DNA of 64,000 nucleotides from Octopus vulgaris (taxonomy: Eukaryota). The DNA is taken from the NCBI GenBank assembly GCA_951406725.2, contig OX597827.1, positions 25,916,001 through 25,980,000 of the forward strand, read 5' to 3'. Under the pieces are notes generated by a model. That model was given only the letters and a program-made list of their open reading frames with translations. It was not told the origin of the DNA and made no database searches. Made by a program: the position numbers and the translations under genes. Of this stretch, positions 14,280 through 26,319 are shown in pieces (the stretch's first letter is position 1; each line of letters starts with the position of its first letter).

Positions 14280-14325
14280 AACACAAAGTTTCGGCTGATA
14301 TACTCTCCAGCCTTCATCAGGTGTC
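14280..14325 (-). ncRNA. Minimal type-I hammerhead motif (position 16.2 mutated)
   Basis: GACAC-CTGATGA-A-GGCTG-10nt-CAGCC-GAAA-CT-TT-GTGTT. Confidence 0.78.
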
Positions 14326-14376
14326 TTGGGAAAATTTCGAATCTAGGTTCTCATTCCTTTTTCGATGTTGTTGTTG

Positions 14377-14469
<93 letters not shown>

Positions 14470-14491
14470 CCACCATCACCATCACCATCAC

Positions 14492-14572
<81 letters not shown>

Positions 14573-14696
14573 TATTCAGGTCACTGCCTGGAATCGAGCT
14601 CGGAATCTTGGTGTTAGTAGCCCGCGATCTTAACCACTACACCATAAAATCGAAAGATACCTTAGGAATGAGAACCCGGGTTTGAAATTTCCCCAA

Positions 14697-14742
14697 AACA
14701 TCTGATGAAGGCTGGAGGGTATATCAACCGAAACATTGTGTT
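14697..14742 (+). ncRNA. Minimal type-I hammerhead motif (inverted-arm copy, degenerate)
   Basis: AACAT-CTGATGA-A-GGCTG-10nt-CAACC-GAAA-CA-TT-GTGTT. Confidence 0.72.
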
Positions 14743-14811
14743 AACAGCAAGGAAGATGAGGACAAATATCCATCAAATGTAAATAATATAATTAAGGAAT
14801 GTACTATTCTA

Positions 14812-16098
14812 TTAGGTTGTCAAGAAAGTTCTTGCGGAATTAAAAATTTTGGTTTTAAATGATGTATTTTCCAATTACCTTTCGGTAATTTACTTTGATT
14901 TTATATATCATTTTAAAGCCCGTTTTTTGCTCTACCTAATCGTGTTACTCTTTTTCTTTTTGAGTAATTAGGTCATTTTTCCGGAACGTTGAATACAACA
15001 AGGACAAAAATCAAATTCGCACAATTTCCTTATTCCAGTTCAAGCTAGGCCGAAAAGCTGCTGAAACAGCTCGCGATATCAACGATGCTTTTGGCCCAGG
15101 AACCACTAATGAACTACAGCACAGTGGTGGTTCAAGAAATTTCGTAGCGGTGACGAGAGTCTTGAAGATGATCAGCGTAGTAGTCGGCCATTGAATGTTG
15201 ATAACGATCAACTAAGAGCTTTAGTCAAAGCCAATCCACGCACAACTGTTCGAGAGCTTGCTTCTGAATTAGACGTAACATATATAACAATTTCCAACCA
15301 CTTGAAAGAGATTGGAAAGACAAAAGTACTTGAGAAATGGGTGCCGTACGAATTGAACGACAACCAGAAAAAAAAACGCCGTTTTGAAGTGTCTCTTCCC
15401 TTCTTTTACGCAACAAGAACGACCCGTTTCTCGACCGGATTGTGACTTGAGATGGAAAGTGGATTCTTTACGACAACTGGTGACGCTCAGCTCAGTAGTT
15501 GGACGCCGACGAAGCTCCACAACACTTCCCAAAGCAAAGGTTGCACCATAAGAAGGCCATGGTGACTGTTTGATGGTCTGCAGCCCATCGCATCCTTTAC
15601 AGCTATTTGGATCCAGGCGAAACCATTACGGCGAAGAAGTACTCCCAGCAAATTGATGAAATGCGTAAGAAACTCCGACACAACAGCCATCATTGGTCAA
15701 TAGAAAAAGACCAATTCTTCTCCACGACAACGCTCGGCCGCACGACGTACAACTGACCCTGCAGAAGTTGAACAAATTGGGCTACAAAACTGTGCCTCAT
15801 CCGCCATGCTCACCAGACCTCTCACCTACCGACGGTCACTTTTTCAAGCATCTCGACAAATTCCTGCGTGCGAAATGCTTCAAAAACCAAGACGATGCCA
15901 AACACGCTTTCAACGACTTCATCACCACCAGAACGCTGGAATTTTACGCTACTGGCATAAATAAACTTGTTTCGTGTTGGAAAAAGTCTGTTGATTCTGA
16001 TGGTGTTTATTTCGATTAATGAAGTTTTGTTTGAGCCGAGATATGAGCATCTGAATTTAAAGGTTACAAAAACCGTAAGAACTTTCTTGACAACCTAA
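14812..16098 (+). mobile_element. Full-length decayed mariner (DD34D, Hsmar1-like) transposon, 1287 bp
   Basis: TIRs TTAGGTTGTCAAGAAAGTTCTT(G/A)CGG at both ends, flanked by TA. Confidence 0.96.
15000..16019 (+). pseudogene. Mariner transposase, frameshifted
   Basis: NPRTTVRELA HTH, WVPYEL, LLHDNARPH, HPPCSPDLSPTD in separate ORF pieces. Confidence 0.94.
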
Positions 16099-17299
16099 TA
16101 TGTATATATACTATAGGGGTTCTGATTTAGACAGGAGGTCAGTGAGTTTGAGGGGTAGTGGGTGCCGATAGTATTGACCCCAGTACTTGATACTTGGCTG
16201 GTACTATATTTTATCAAGTCTGAAAGAATATTAGGTAAAGTTGAGCTGGACGGGATTTTGACCAGGTACTGTTATTTAAATACAGCCTGAATGCCCGGAT
16301 GAAAGTTCTGCACACTAAAATGTCGTATCCAAGGCAATCCGATGTCATTTTGGTTTACATTGTCTTTTAATCTATCTGTATCAATTTCACTTGTTGTGCT
16401 TGTTGAAGCAGAAGTTTAAAAGCTGCAACAGGATTTCATGTTATAAAGTGTAACTTATTTGGGAGTAGAGGCTTAAGGGTAAAGCTTGACTATAATGACT
16501 CTGCCTCGTATAAATCTGGTCGGTCAATTTGCATTCCATGGTTTTCCTGCGCCTTTAAACTGCGACAAACATTAAATCATAACTTTTAAGTGTAGTTTTA
16601 TTACTATGTCATACAACAATAAAATACTATGTAATATAACAATATCGATGTTCACTTCACACGATATATCCTGAGATATTGTTTATTTTATTAAAAAGAT
16701 AAAAGCGTGAAATCCATTTTGTAAATATTTTCATTGCTTTCAGACGCAAAATACATAAAGGGCTTAAGCATTCTGTGAATCACACCCTAATAAATGATGT
16801 CATTTTAAAGAGCATGCAAATAGACGTAGTAACAATTAATGTTCATTAATTTGTAAACAGTTTTCGGTTTAACTAGGTGTTTATAGTAATATACTTGAAT
16901 AAAACTTGTCGATATAACCGTAATCGATGCAAGCAAAACGCTTTGATGTTATGATATTTCGTTGTTAGTATATCTTTAATGTAAGTATGAAATCATAAAT
17001 TTCTTATTATGACGAACGGAATAACCCAGGGATTGTAGATATAAAAGAGGAGAAAAGTTTGATCTTTATTCAATAAAATGAAACATTGAACAGCTTTTAA
17101 AATTCAATCACCAGATATTAATTAATATATGATTCATATAAAATCTACTCAATTTGGATTTAGGAAATTACGGAGATGTACTCGTTAGAGAAATGACAGG
17201 GTATTGAACTCTAAATATGTACTTCGAAGAAAATATCTGTGAGCTACTTCACACACACCCACACACACACACATTGTTATATCTATTATATTTTGTGAC

Positions 17300-17740
17300 A
17301 ATATTGTTTTAAATTTGGCATAAGTCCAGCAACTGTGAAGGAGATTACTGGATTGCATCGACCGCAGAACTTGACTAGGACTTATTTTATCGACCCTGAA
17401 AGGATCAAAAGCAAAGGTCACTTCTGCGGTTTTTAAACCCGGAACTTAAAGAGCCGGAAATGATGATATCCTATAAGCCCAATGTGCCGCCAACTCACCG
17501 ATAATATTTTGTGATAATATTGTATACTATGATTAAGACGTCGAGCTGGCAGAATCGTTAGCCTATGGGCAAAATCCTTAGCGGCATTTCGTTTGCCCAT
17601 GAGTTCCTATTCCACTGATGTAGGCTTTGTCTTTCATCTTTTCGGGGTCGATAAAGTAAGTACAAGTTGAGCACTGGCATTGATGCAATCAATTTTTCCT
17701 TCCCCTAAAATTGCTGGCCTTGTACTGGAATTTGAAACTG
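17300..17740. mobile_element. Divergent pair of SINE family B copies (minus 17300-17500, plus 17534-17740)
   Basis: TTTATCGACCCTGAAAGGATC on the left, GAGCTGGCAGAATCGTTAG...TTTCGGGGTCGATAAA on the right. Confidence 0.8.
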
Positions 17741-18239
17741 TTCCATATAGATTTAAGATATAGATTTGCCTGTTTGTTCCTTTATAAAAAATAATTCCAA
17801 TTACCTTGATATCGATTGTAATATTTCTTTACGCATTTCAAACAATTTTCTGATGTCTACCATTTATCTTTTTTAAGCCTCTTTTTCAACATATTTCTGT
17901 GGAAAGAGGTTGCTTTTGTTTAAAGTAATTTTGAAAATAATGAAAACCTTAGTAAGATAACGTTGCCATTAATTGTAACATGAGCGAACCTGAAATTTTA
18001 ACGTAAGGTTTTAATTTAGATAATTTTAATATCTAATTTCGAAGAATCTGGGAAGATCTCGGACGGGTTGGTATGAAAAGGTTCAAAAGTTTGAAGAATT
18101 TTAAAAAGATAAAGTATAAAAAATGTTACGGTGCGGACTCTAAAAATATTAAAGGTGTCCCCACTCATGTATTGCGTTGTTAACGAAATTAATACTTCAT
18201 GAATATGTCAGTGACATCTTGACATTTGGATTTTAATAT

Positions 18240-18415
18240 CAGCTGGGGGGAGGGAGTTGATTACATCATCTCGAATGTTCAACTGGTACACATTTATCGA
18301 CCCCGAAAAGATGAAAAGCAAACTGACCTGGGCGGAATTTGAACTCACAACAAAAATACGGACGAAATACCACTAAACATTTGCCTGATGTCCTAACGAT
18401 TCTGTCCGCTCACCA
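18240..18415 (-). mobile_element. SINE family B, degenerate
   Basis: TTTATCGACCCCGAAAAGATGAAAAGC...GGCGGAATTTGAACTC. Confidence 0.8.
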
Positions 18416-19343
18416 CCTATGGATCGATTTAAGAGTACTATTAATAAAACTCTTTAAAGGACGGGCTATTAAAGCATCTAGCTATATGACTGAATTCAAG
18501 AAGAATTCTCATTTCATCCACCTTCGTCAATTCCAAAAATAATAATTTTACCAAATGTGTACAATGATGTTGTTGTTGTTGTTGATTAGAAGCAAATAGT
18601 GCTAACTCCGTGGCCATCCAGATTATTATGTTCCCTTGCTATCATTATCCGGTGATATGTTTCTTTTTCAGATGTTAAGCATTGAACCTAGTGAAATTTA
18701 ATTGCTATTTCTAGAAAGACCAAGGTACATCTCCATTGTTCTTGGTGTTCACATTTGGACCTAACTTATTGCTGACCGCTCAGATTGCTGACTTGAGGTA
18801 TTTCATTCATAATCAAATGATCAATTTTGGTATGTGTAGGACTATTTCTAATTTATACATAAGATAAAGTAGAACACGAGGGCGATTTAATTATTATTTC
18901 TCACAAACTGAATCACGATGTAGAGGCGTCCCTCTTTTATGCCATGTCAACCGTTAATTAGAATCTCTGCACAAACGGAAAACAGTGGAAACCTTCCCAA
19001 TAACAAACAGGTAAATTTCTCCCAAATTGCATCAGCCACAATTACAGAAATCTGTTGGCCAACTAAAAATTATCGCCTACTTACAATTTGTGATCCCTTA
19101 AGTACACTTTCAGTTAAATGCTGACACACCTAAATAAGCATAGCTAATTACAAGGATTTAAATGCTGGACTGAACTCTAAACTTTAAACTTCGCATCACC
19201 ACTATAAAAGGTTTGTTGACCCAAAACCCCTCCGTCTACATGCATTCCTTTTTGAACACTTAAAAAACAACACCATGACCCGAAGCTGACACACCTAAAT
19301 AGACACACTTGATTATAAATTTCTACATACATGAATAAATTCT

Positions 19344-19507
19344 GAGTGGCTGTGTGGTAAGTAGCTTGCTAACCAGCCACATGGTTCCGGATTCAGTCCC
19401 ACTGCGTGGCACCTTGGGCAAGTGTCTTCTACTATAGTCTCGGGCCGTCCAAAGCCTTGTGAGTGGATTTGGTAGACAGAAACTGAATGAAGCCCGTCGT
19501 ATATATG

Positions 19508-19573
<66 letters not shown>

Positions 19574-19767
19574 TGTGTGTGTTTGTGTGTCTGTGTTTGT
19601 CCCCCTAGCATTGCTTGACAACCGATGCTGGTGTGTTTATGTCCCCGTTACTTAGCGGTTCGGCAAAAGAGACCGGAATAAGTCCCGGAGTCGAGTTGCT
19701 CGATTAAAAGCGGTGCTCCAGCATGGCCGCAGTCAAATGACTGAAACAAGTAAAAGAGCAAAAGAGT
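19344..19767 (+). mobile_element. SINE family A, full length with internal (TA)n(TG)n
   Basis: Matches the other family A copies end to end. Confidence 0.93.
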
Positions 19768-20095
19768 AATAGCACAACTTCAAATTTAATCGAATAATTC
19801 TTCTGTAACATCCAACCAGCTTTACCTAAACTACAACTTTATTATCATTCAACAAAAACGCCACCTGACACAGAAATGGTTAACCTTACAGGGACAATAT
19901 GGAACCAAAGTAAATTAAAATGTACGTCCATCCCATGGTTTAGCTGGCCGAAACATTTAAGTCAATGTCAATGCTATACTTGGAAAAGAATAATAAATTT
20001 GTACTGTACAAATATTATCGAGTAATCTGTTAGTGTAATGTAAAATTGCAATTAGTATAACCTAATACATAGACAAACATTTATATACATACATT

Positions 20096-20193
<98 letters not shown>

Positions 20194-20237
20194 ATTGTTA
20201 AAAAGGCAAACATTAAAGCAGGGCAAACGTCTGAAGA

Positions 20238-20275
<38 letters not shown>

Positions 20276-20692
20276 TTCTTATAAAATCATGTCTTAAACT
20301 ATTCAGGCTTAATCAGAATCTCAGTCATTGCAACAGAACATTTTTTAAATTTGGCAACGATTTCTTACGCTTCAGAAGTAAAAGCTGTAAGACGCTGAAT
20401 TCTATTAATCTCCTCATAATTGTCTACTAAAAGAATTATTTGCACTCTTGCAAAATGTCATGTTGTTGTCCGTTCGCACTCTTGAATCGCCTGTTGATAT
20501 TAATGCATTCAATTGTATGACTGAATTAAAAAAGTATTCTCATTTCAACTACCTTCATCAGTTTCAAATATACTACGATATATTGACCTCCACCCAATTA
20601 CCTACTAAGAAAATTAGTTGCATTTTTGCAAAATTTCCTTCCTGTTCTCCTTTAACAATATAAGATTTCATTCTATGTGGGCGGTGTTCAGA

Positions 20693-21165
20693 AGCTGATA
20701 AGAATTTAACTTAATGTAGCTTAATGATAAAGTACCTGACGCGTAATCACAGCGATGTGAGTTCGAGTCACATAGCTGGCTTATAATCTATTTTTCTGCA
20801 ACCCTATGGATAATTTATCCTGTTCACGCTATTTTATTAGCATTATTACGTGTTTGAGAATAATTATTTCTTTATCTTTCAATACTTCTCAACGCTACTA
20901 AAGCAAACCTTGTTTACTGTCATCATAAGTTGAATTTAACGTTAGCATCTTATAAAGCTAAATATATAAATTCTAAAATTGCTGAAGAATTCGTTACTGG
21001 GCAGTTTAGCTTAATGTAAAGCACTTGGCGCGTAATCACAGGGATGTGAGTTCGAGTCCCATGGCTGGCCGGTAACGTATTCTTCTGCATTGTATGGCTA
21101 ATTTATCACCCTATTTTATTAGCGTTATCACGTGTTTGAGAATAATAATATCTATATCTTTTAAT
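20693..21165 (+). repeat. ~290-bp partial tandem repeat, each unit with a tRNA-Thr(CGT)-like head
   Basis: TAGCTTAATG...GCGTAATCACAG.GATGTGAGTTCGAGTC at ~20717 and ~21007, with shared downstream CTATTTTATTAGC...CGTGTTTGAGAATAAT. Confidence 0.75.
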
Positions 21166-21226
21166 TTAAATTTTTCTATTTCAAGAGGCACATGGATTAC
21201 TTCTCAAATATAGTGAGTGCCACTAT

Positions 21227-21290
<64 letters not shown>

Positions 21291-21584
21291 CCACCATAGC
21301 GTATATATATATATATATACAAACACACACGCTGGATCTCACTCATAAGTGTTAGGGTTACATTGCTTATAAACTCTATATTTGGAAGGACTCATTTTAA
21401 ACTCTGTTGGACTTTTCAACTTTACTCATAGGATATTTGAATATTGCATATATACCATTATGCCTAAAAATGGATTTACAACTTCCATACCCATACATAT
21501 CTTGCAACTATTTTCTGTCCTCGACCCCACTCTCTATTTTGTATCACATCTAAACTAACTATGACTTAACTATCTTCTCACATC

Positions 21585-21636
21585 GTCTCTGATGAAGGAA
21601 TATAATTAATAAATTTCCTAGAAACAGCTGTAAGAC
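21585..21636 (+). ncRNA. Type-I hammerhead ribozyme, intact core
   Basis: GTCT-CTGATGA-AGGAA-14nt-TTCCT-A-GAAA-CAGCTG-TA-AGAC; predicted cleavage after 21632. Confidence 0.87.
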
Positions 21637-21694
21637 CTTCTATCTATAAATGCTCTACTATCTACACAGCCTTGGTTTTTTATCATATTATTAT

Positions 21695-22313
21695 TAGGTT
21701 TTTCACTTTTCAGATGTTCTTCCTAGAGGTAAGACAATTTTTTTCATGTTTGTTGCACACACGCATCTTTACTAGTACATACGCAGTGAAGCTATACATT
21801 AGCGTCGTATTTATTACGTTCACTATTTTCCAGTAAATATCGGTGCTTCGTTGTGCCATTTATTTACTTTTATATGTATAATTTTACCCTCACGGGCTAT
21901 CCTTTACTGGAAAACAATACTCTCGTATTGTATTACTATTTTCATTGAAACTTCTTCACTGTTCTCGTTCTGTTAACGCTTTGGCGTTCAGACGATTGTA
22001 CTGGCATAGATGTGGCAACATTTGAAATATTGTCGAGGTATATGCAGCTGATGAAGATAAATCAAATATACGTTAGCAAACGTATTTTGAAGAGTCTGAA
22101 ACCGGTACTGCATTATCTGTTTCTAGGTTTTTCATTTTTCAGATGTTCTTCCTAGAGGTAAGACAATTTTTTTCATGTTTGTTGCACACACGCATCTTTA
22201 CTAGTACAGACGCAGTGAAGCTATACATTAGCGTCGTATTTATTACGTTCGCTATTTTCCAGTAAATATCGGTGCTTTGTTGTGCCATTTATTTACTTTT
22301 ATATGTATAATTT

Positions 22314-22315
<2 letters not shown>
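21695..22315 (+). mobile_element. Retrozyme/Penelope-pLTR-like element: 429-nt unit plus 192-nt terminal direct repeat
   Basis: 21695-21886 is repeated at 22124-22315 with ~4 substitutions. A hammerhead lies just upstream of the second copy, and the element ends in (TA)n. Confidence 0.88.
22042..22113 (+). ncRNA. Type-I hammerhead ribozyme, intact core
   Basis: ATGCAG-CTGATGA-AGAT...TCAAATATACG/CGTATTTTGA...GTCT-GAAA-CCGG-TA-CTGCAT. Perfect 6-bp helix I; predicted cleavage after 22107. Confidence 0.92.
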
Positions 22316-22394
<79 letters not shown>

Positions 22395-23929
22395 AAAGCA
22401 GCATGTCCGTGGGTACTGATTTTCACTTCTAATCGTTAACACGGACCTCCCTTGTACATATGATAGCGTTCGACACTTCACGATCCATATTTTCAATTTT
22501 AGTTACAAACATTCGTTATTTTCATCATATGATTTGACTTTTAATAACGTTCCCTAAAATCCCTTTTGTTTTAATAAGCAACTCAAAACCACTCCTCCGA
22601 ACTGGTTGTGTTTTACTGCAATGCTACAAATATTTCTTTCGTGCTTTTTTCGTGATAAGTATAAAAATATACGAGTTGTATTGACTTTTGATATTACCAT
22701 TATATAGTCTAAGAGGTCTCTTTTCATCTTTCTCTATGTGCATTATATATTCATGCTTATCGACAGAGAACTTCTTTTAAAATCAATATTTATCTGTTGC
22801 CGTGTGAAGACATAGTTATCGATTCATCAGAACATGAGTATTATCTCTGCAATAAAAAATCTATAAAAACTCGAAATTAAAATATAATATACAAACTTAT
22901 AGATTTTATGAGTTCAAAGCGATATCATTGGAAAATTGAAGGTCAAATCAATTATGATATATTGAGCTGATATTTACAGTAAACTTCAATCCGATACGAT
23001 TTATTAACATTTCGGCCCAATATAACATGCAAATCATAGGTCAGTGATAAAAATATTTTTATGATATTGTGTATAATGTGAATCGGTCAACGGGTACTGT
23101 AAACAGCGAGGCATATTGCATAGAGAAATTTAGGATACTTTGTTCTACCTAATTCAAGACTGATGCCTGTTTCAAATTCGTATCTAAACATTACGTTATT
23201 TTTGTTAAGCTGGAACCGGTTATGTGTAAAAGGAAGTATCATTTAAGTCGAGACTCAATTATTATTCTGGTATTAAGAAGCTTACCTAGATCGTGAGTAG
23301 GTTAATTTCTTTTATCCATATTTTAGAGAGTTTCACTTGGAGATTTTCATTCGTGTATCAAATTACAGCTCGTTAAGGAATTTGAAAGAATAGGATTAAT
23401 TGATATGAGAGTGAGGAAAGAATACTCGTGTCAGGAGACCATTAATGACACAGGTGAACAATGTAGACTTTTACGTAGGTACCTGGAATTAACAATATAA
23501 CTCCTTCAACCACGTGATTTATTAGCAAGGTATCTTATGACCTGCATGCAATTAAACATTTAATTCAGATGTAAACAAATATCTGATTCAAATAAAATTA
23601 TGTTTCCAATGCATGTAATCATGTGGTTTACATGTAATTAAGCATGTGGATGATATGTAATTAACCACTTGGTTCCCATATAATTTAACTGACTCAGGTA
23701 TATTTAAATCAGGGTCTTACATATCACCAACCATTGAATTCAGTTGTGACTCGGATCTAATTAACATTCCTACTCTTTTAAACATCTTACTTGCAAGGAC
23801 TTGTGTATATAACTCAGACCGACACAACTCTCCTTTTCCTTTTAAAATTTCGGTAGGTTTCGCTCCAAACTAGACCCCACACATCAATTCTTTTACACGT
23901 TTTATTCCTCATCAAGACAAAAATCTTTT

Positions 23930-24140
<211 letters not shown>

Positions 24141-25635
24141 AAGAGAAATGCGCCAAAGTAACCCTGAAAAGCGGAAAACTAGTTAAGTGTAGCAACATCA
24201 CACTAGATAAAAACCAATAAAATAAAAGAATTAGACCAAAGCCAAACTTACAAATACTTAGGAATCCATGAACTAGATGAGTTAGATCAATACTGAAAAC
24301 AGAGCTCAATGCTAAAAACAAGATAATAGGTATCAACACTTTAGCCGTCCCAGTTATAAGTTACAGCTACAATACCCTCAACTGGACACTAAATTAACTG
24401 ACCAAAATAGATAGGAAAACAAGAAAAATAATGACAGGATCTCAGATTCATCACCCAAAATCTGACGAGGCCTTATACAGCTGGAAAACTACTATAAAAA
24501 AACCACCATAGGACTGCAAAAATATCTACTTCAGAAGGAAGGAAAGCTGATACAAATAGCGGCAAAACACGAGCAAAACAAAAAACTGTTCTCAGTATTT
24601 AAGGAAGCTGACAAATACAAACAAGAAATCATACCACCTAACAAATATGAAGAAGAAGAAGAAGAAGAAGAAGAAGAAGAAGAAGAAGAAGAAGAAGAAG
24701 AAGAAGAAACACAAAAGCTATAAAACAAATACAATCCAAACTAAAAATAGAACGGCAACGAACCATGATAAAACGATGGCAAGAAAAGCCCCTTCATGGC
24801 AAATACTGGACTAAACTAAATGCAAAAAAAAAAGACAAAGAAAAATCCCAACAATGGTTGAGAAGCTCAGGACTCAAAGCGGAGACAGAGGGATTTTTAA
24901 TTGCAGCACAAAACCAAAGACTCCCCACCAGAAATTACCAAAAACATGTAATGAAAAGAAATATAACAAGTAACTGCAGAATATGTGGAGATGGACAAGA
25001 AACAATAAATCATATTATCTCTGGCTGCCCAGTCCTGGCTAAGAAGGAATATATTCACAGACACGGTGGAGGTGGGACCTATATACACTGGAAACTATGC
25101 CAACATTATGGAATAACAACAGAAAAAAGATGGTATAGGCACACATCAGAAAAGGTCACAGAAAACGAGAAAGCAACCATACTCTGGGATATGGCAATAC
25201 ACACAGATAGAGAAGTTAAGGCCAACAGACCAGATATAGTTGTCAGAGATCATGAAGAAAAATTTTTTTTTCTAATTGATGTATCAATACCAGAGGATGA
25301 CAGCGTGTCTCTAAAAGAAATGGAGAAACTCTCAAAATACAAAAACCTTGAAATAGAGGTAACCAGAATGTGGAATCTAAAAACAGAAACAATTCCTATC
25401 ATAATAGGTGCATTAGGCATGTTAAAAAAATATTCAGACAAATACATAACAAAAACACCAGGACTTACAAACACATATAACATACAGAAAATTGCACTAC
25501 TAGGCACTGCATACATCCTACGCAGAACACTTTCCATACAATAACCATCAGAGCATCACAACAAATCACAGCACATACCCAAGGCACACAGAGCTGCGCT
25601 CGGTAGTGAAGTGAAAGCACGCTATAAAAAATATA
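24141..25635 (+). mobile_element. 5'-truncated R4/Dong-like LINE between (TAA)n tracts
   Basis: RT-thumb remnants (YKYLGI, INTLAVPVISYS), RLE domain, 3'UTR, (TAA)n on both sides. Confidence 0.93.
24765..25544 (+). pseudogene. Uninterrupted C-terminal fragment (259 aa) of the LINE ORF: CCHC knuckle + restriction-like endonuclease
   Basis: CRICG..ETINHIISGC, RH, NRPDIV, IDVS, K..KY, IIGALG. No upstream intact RT. Confidence 0.93.
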
Positions 25636-25639
25636 CTAC

Positions 25640-25729
<90 letters not shown>

Positions 25730-25733
<4 letters not shown>

Positions 25734-26190
25734 TTATTGGTCACTTTGCAATAAGTACAAGTATGGAGTTGACAGAGCAAAAAATTGGTACGACCACAAA
25801 CCTGAAGGCATTGTCGAAAATAGAAATGCAAAGATCCTATGGGATTTTATGATTCAGTGTGACCATGAGATTGAGAATAGGAAGCCTTGAGAAAGAAAAA
25901 CTATGCTGGATCATTGACATAGCATGCCCAGCTGACAACAAGGTATGGTCGATGAAAAAGGTAGCAGTAGTACCAATAACTGTCGGAGCCCTGGCAAGAG
26001 TGAGCAAAAATATCGAGAAGTACGTGGAACAAATAGGGACTGCAATAAGGGTGGAGCAGAAAACAGCACTGCTTGGAGCCACTCGAATACTCCGGAAGGT
26101 GCTTGAAAAATAAGAGGCGTTACTTTAGTTCACTGGTAGTGAACAGCTGACACTGTAGTACATCTCCGGCGTTACAAGCTGTGGGAAGGC
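25730..26190 (+). mobile_element. Second RLE-LINE subfamily, 3' fragment stacked behind the first
   Basis: WYDHKPEG..EN...KILWDF, IIDIACP, VPITVGALA, QKTALLGATRILRKVL. Confidence 0.88.
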
Positions 26191-26319
26191 AACAACAACA
26201 ACAACGACGACGACGACGACGACGACAACAACAACAACAACAACAACAATAATAATAATGATAATATGGCATCTGGTTTTAACTGATTGGAAGTTTTATC
26301 ATGTAAGTTCTTTTATCTT

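Larger units (their letters stand above)
14240..14783 (-). mobile_element. Composite element: tRNA-like head + trinucleotide tract + hammerhead tail, with an inverted copy of the tail at its 5' end
   Basis: Inverted arms 14240-14366 / 14649-14783. tRNA-like segment 14575-14645 on minus (TGTAGTGGTTAAG box A-like, GCTCGATTCC box B-like). (CAT)n at 14378-14572. Confidence 0.85.

Noticed and set aside
19120-19301. 17-bp direct repeat GCTGACACACCTAAATA, 165 bp apart
   Set aside because: Only two copies with nothing recognisable between them; not an array and not a supportable TSD.
20500-20572. Minus-strand CTGATGAAGG...GAAA in a ~70-bp dispersed repeat (other copy 18467-18541)
   Set aside because: Helices I-III do not pair convincingly, so it is not counted as a hammerhead.
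24461-24490. CTGACGAGGCC...GAAA
   Set aside because: Lies at a deletion junction in LINE coding sequence with no helix I partner; a chance match.
24765-25544. 259-aa ORF as a host or domesticated gene
   Set aside because: It is the C-terminal RLE part of a 5'-truncated LINE with decayed upstream RT and a LINE 3'UTR; the intact frame is explained by recent insertion.
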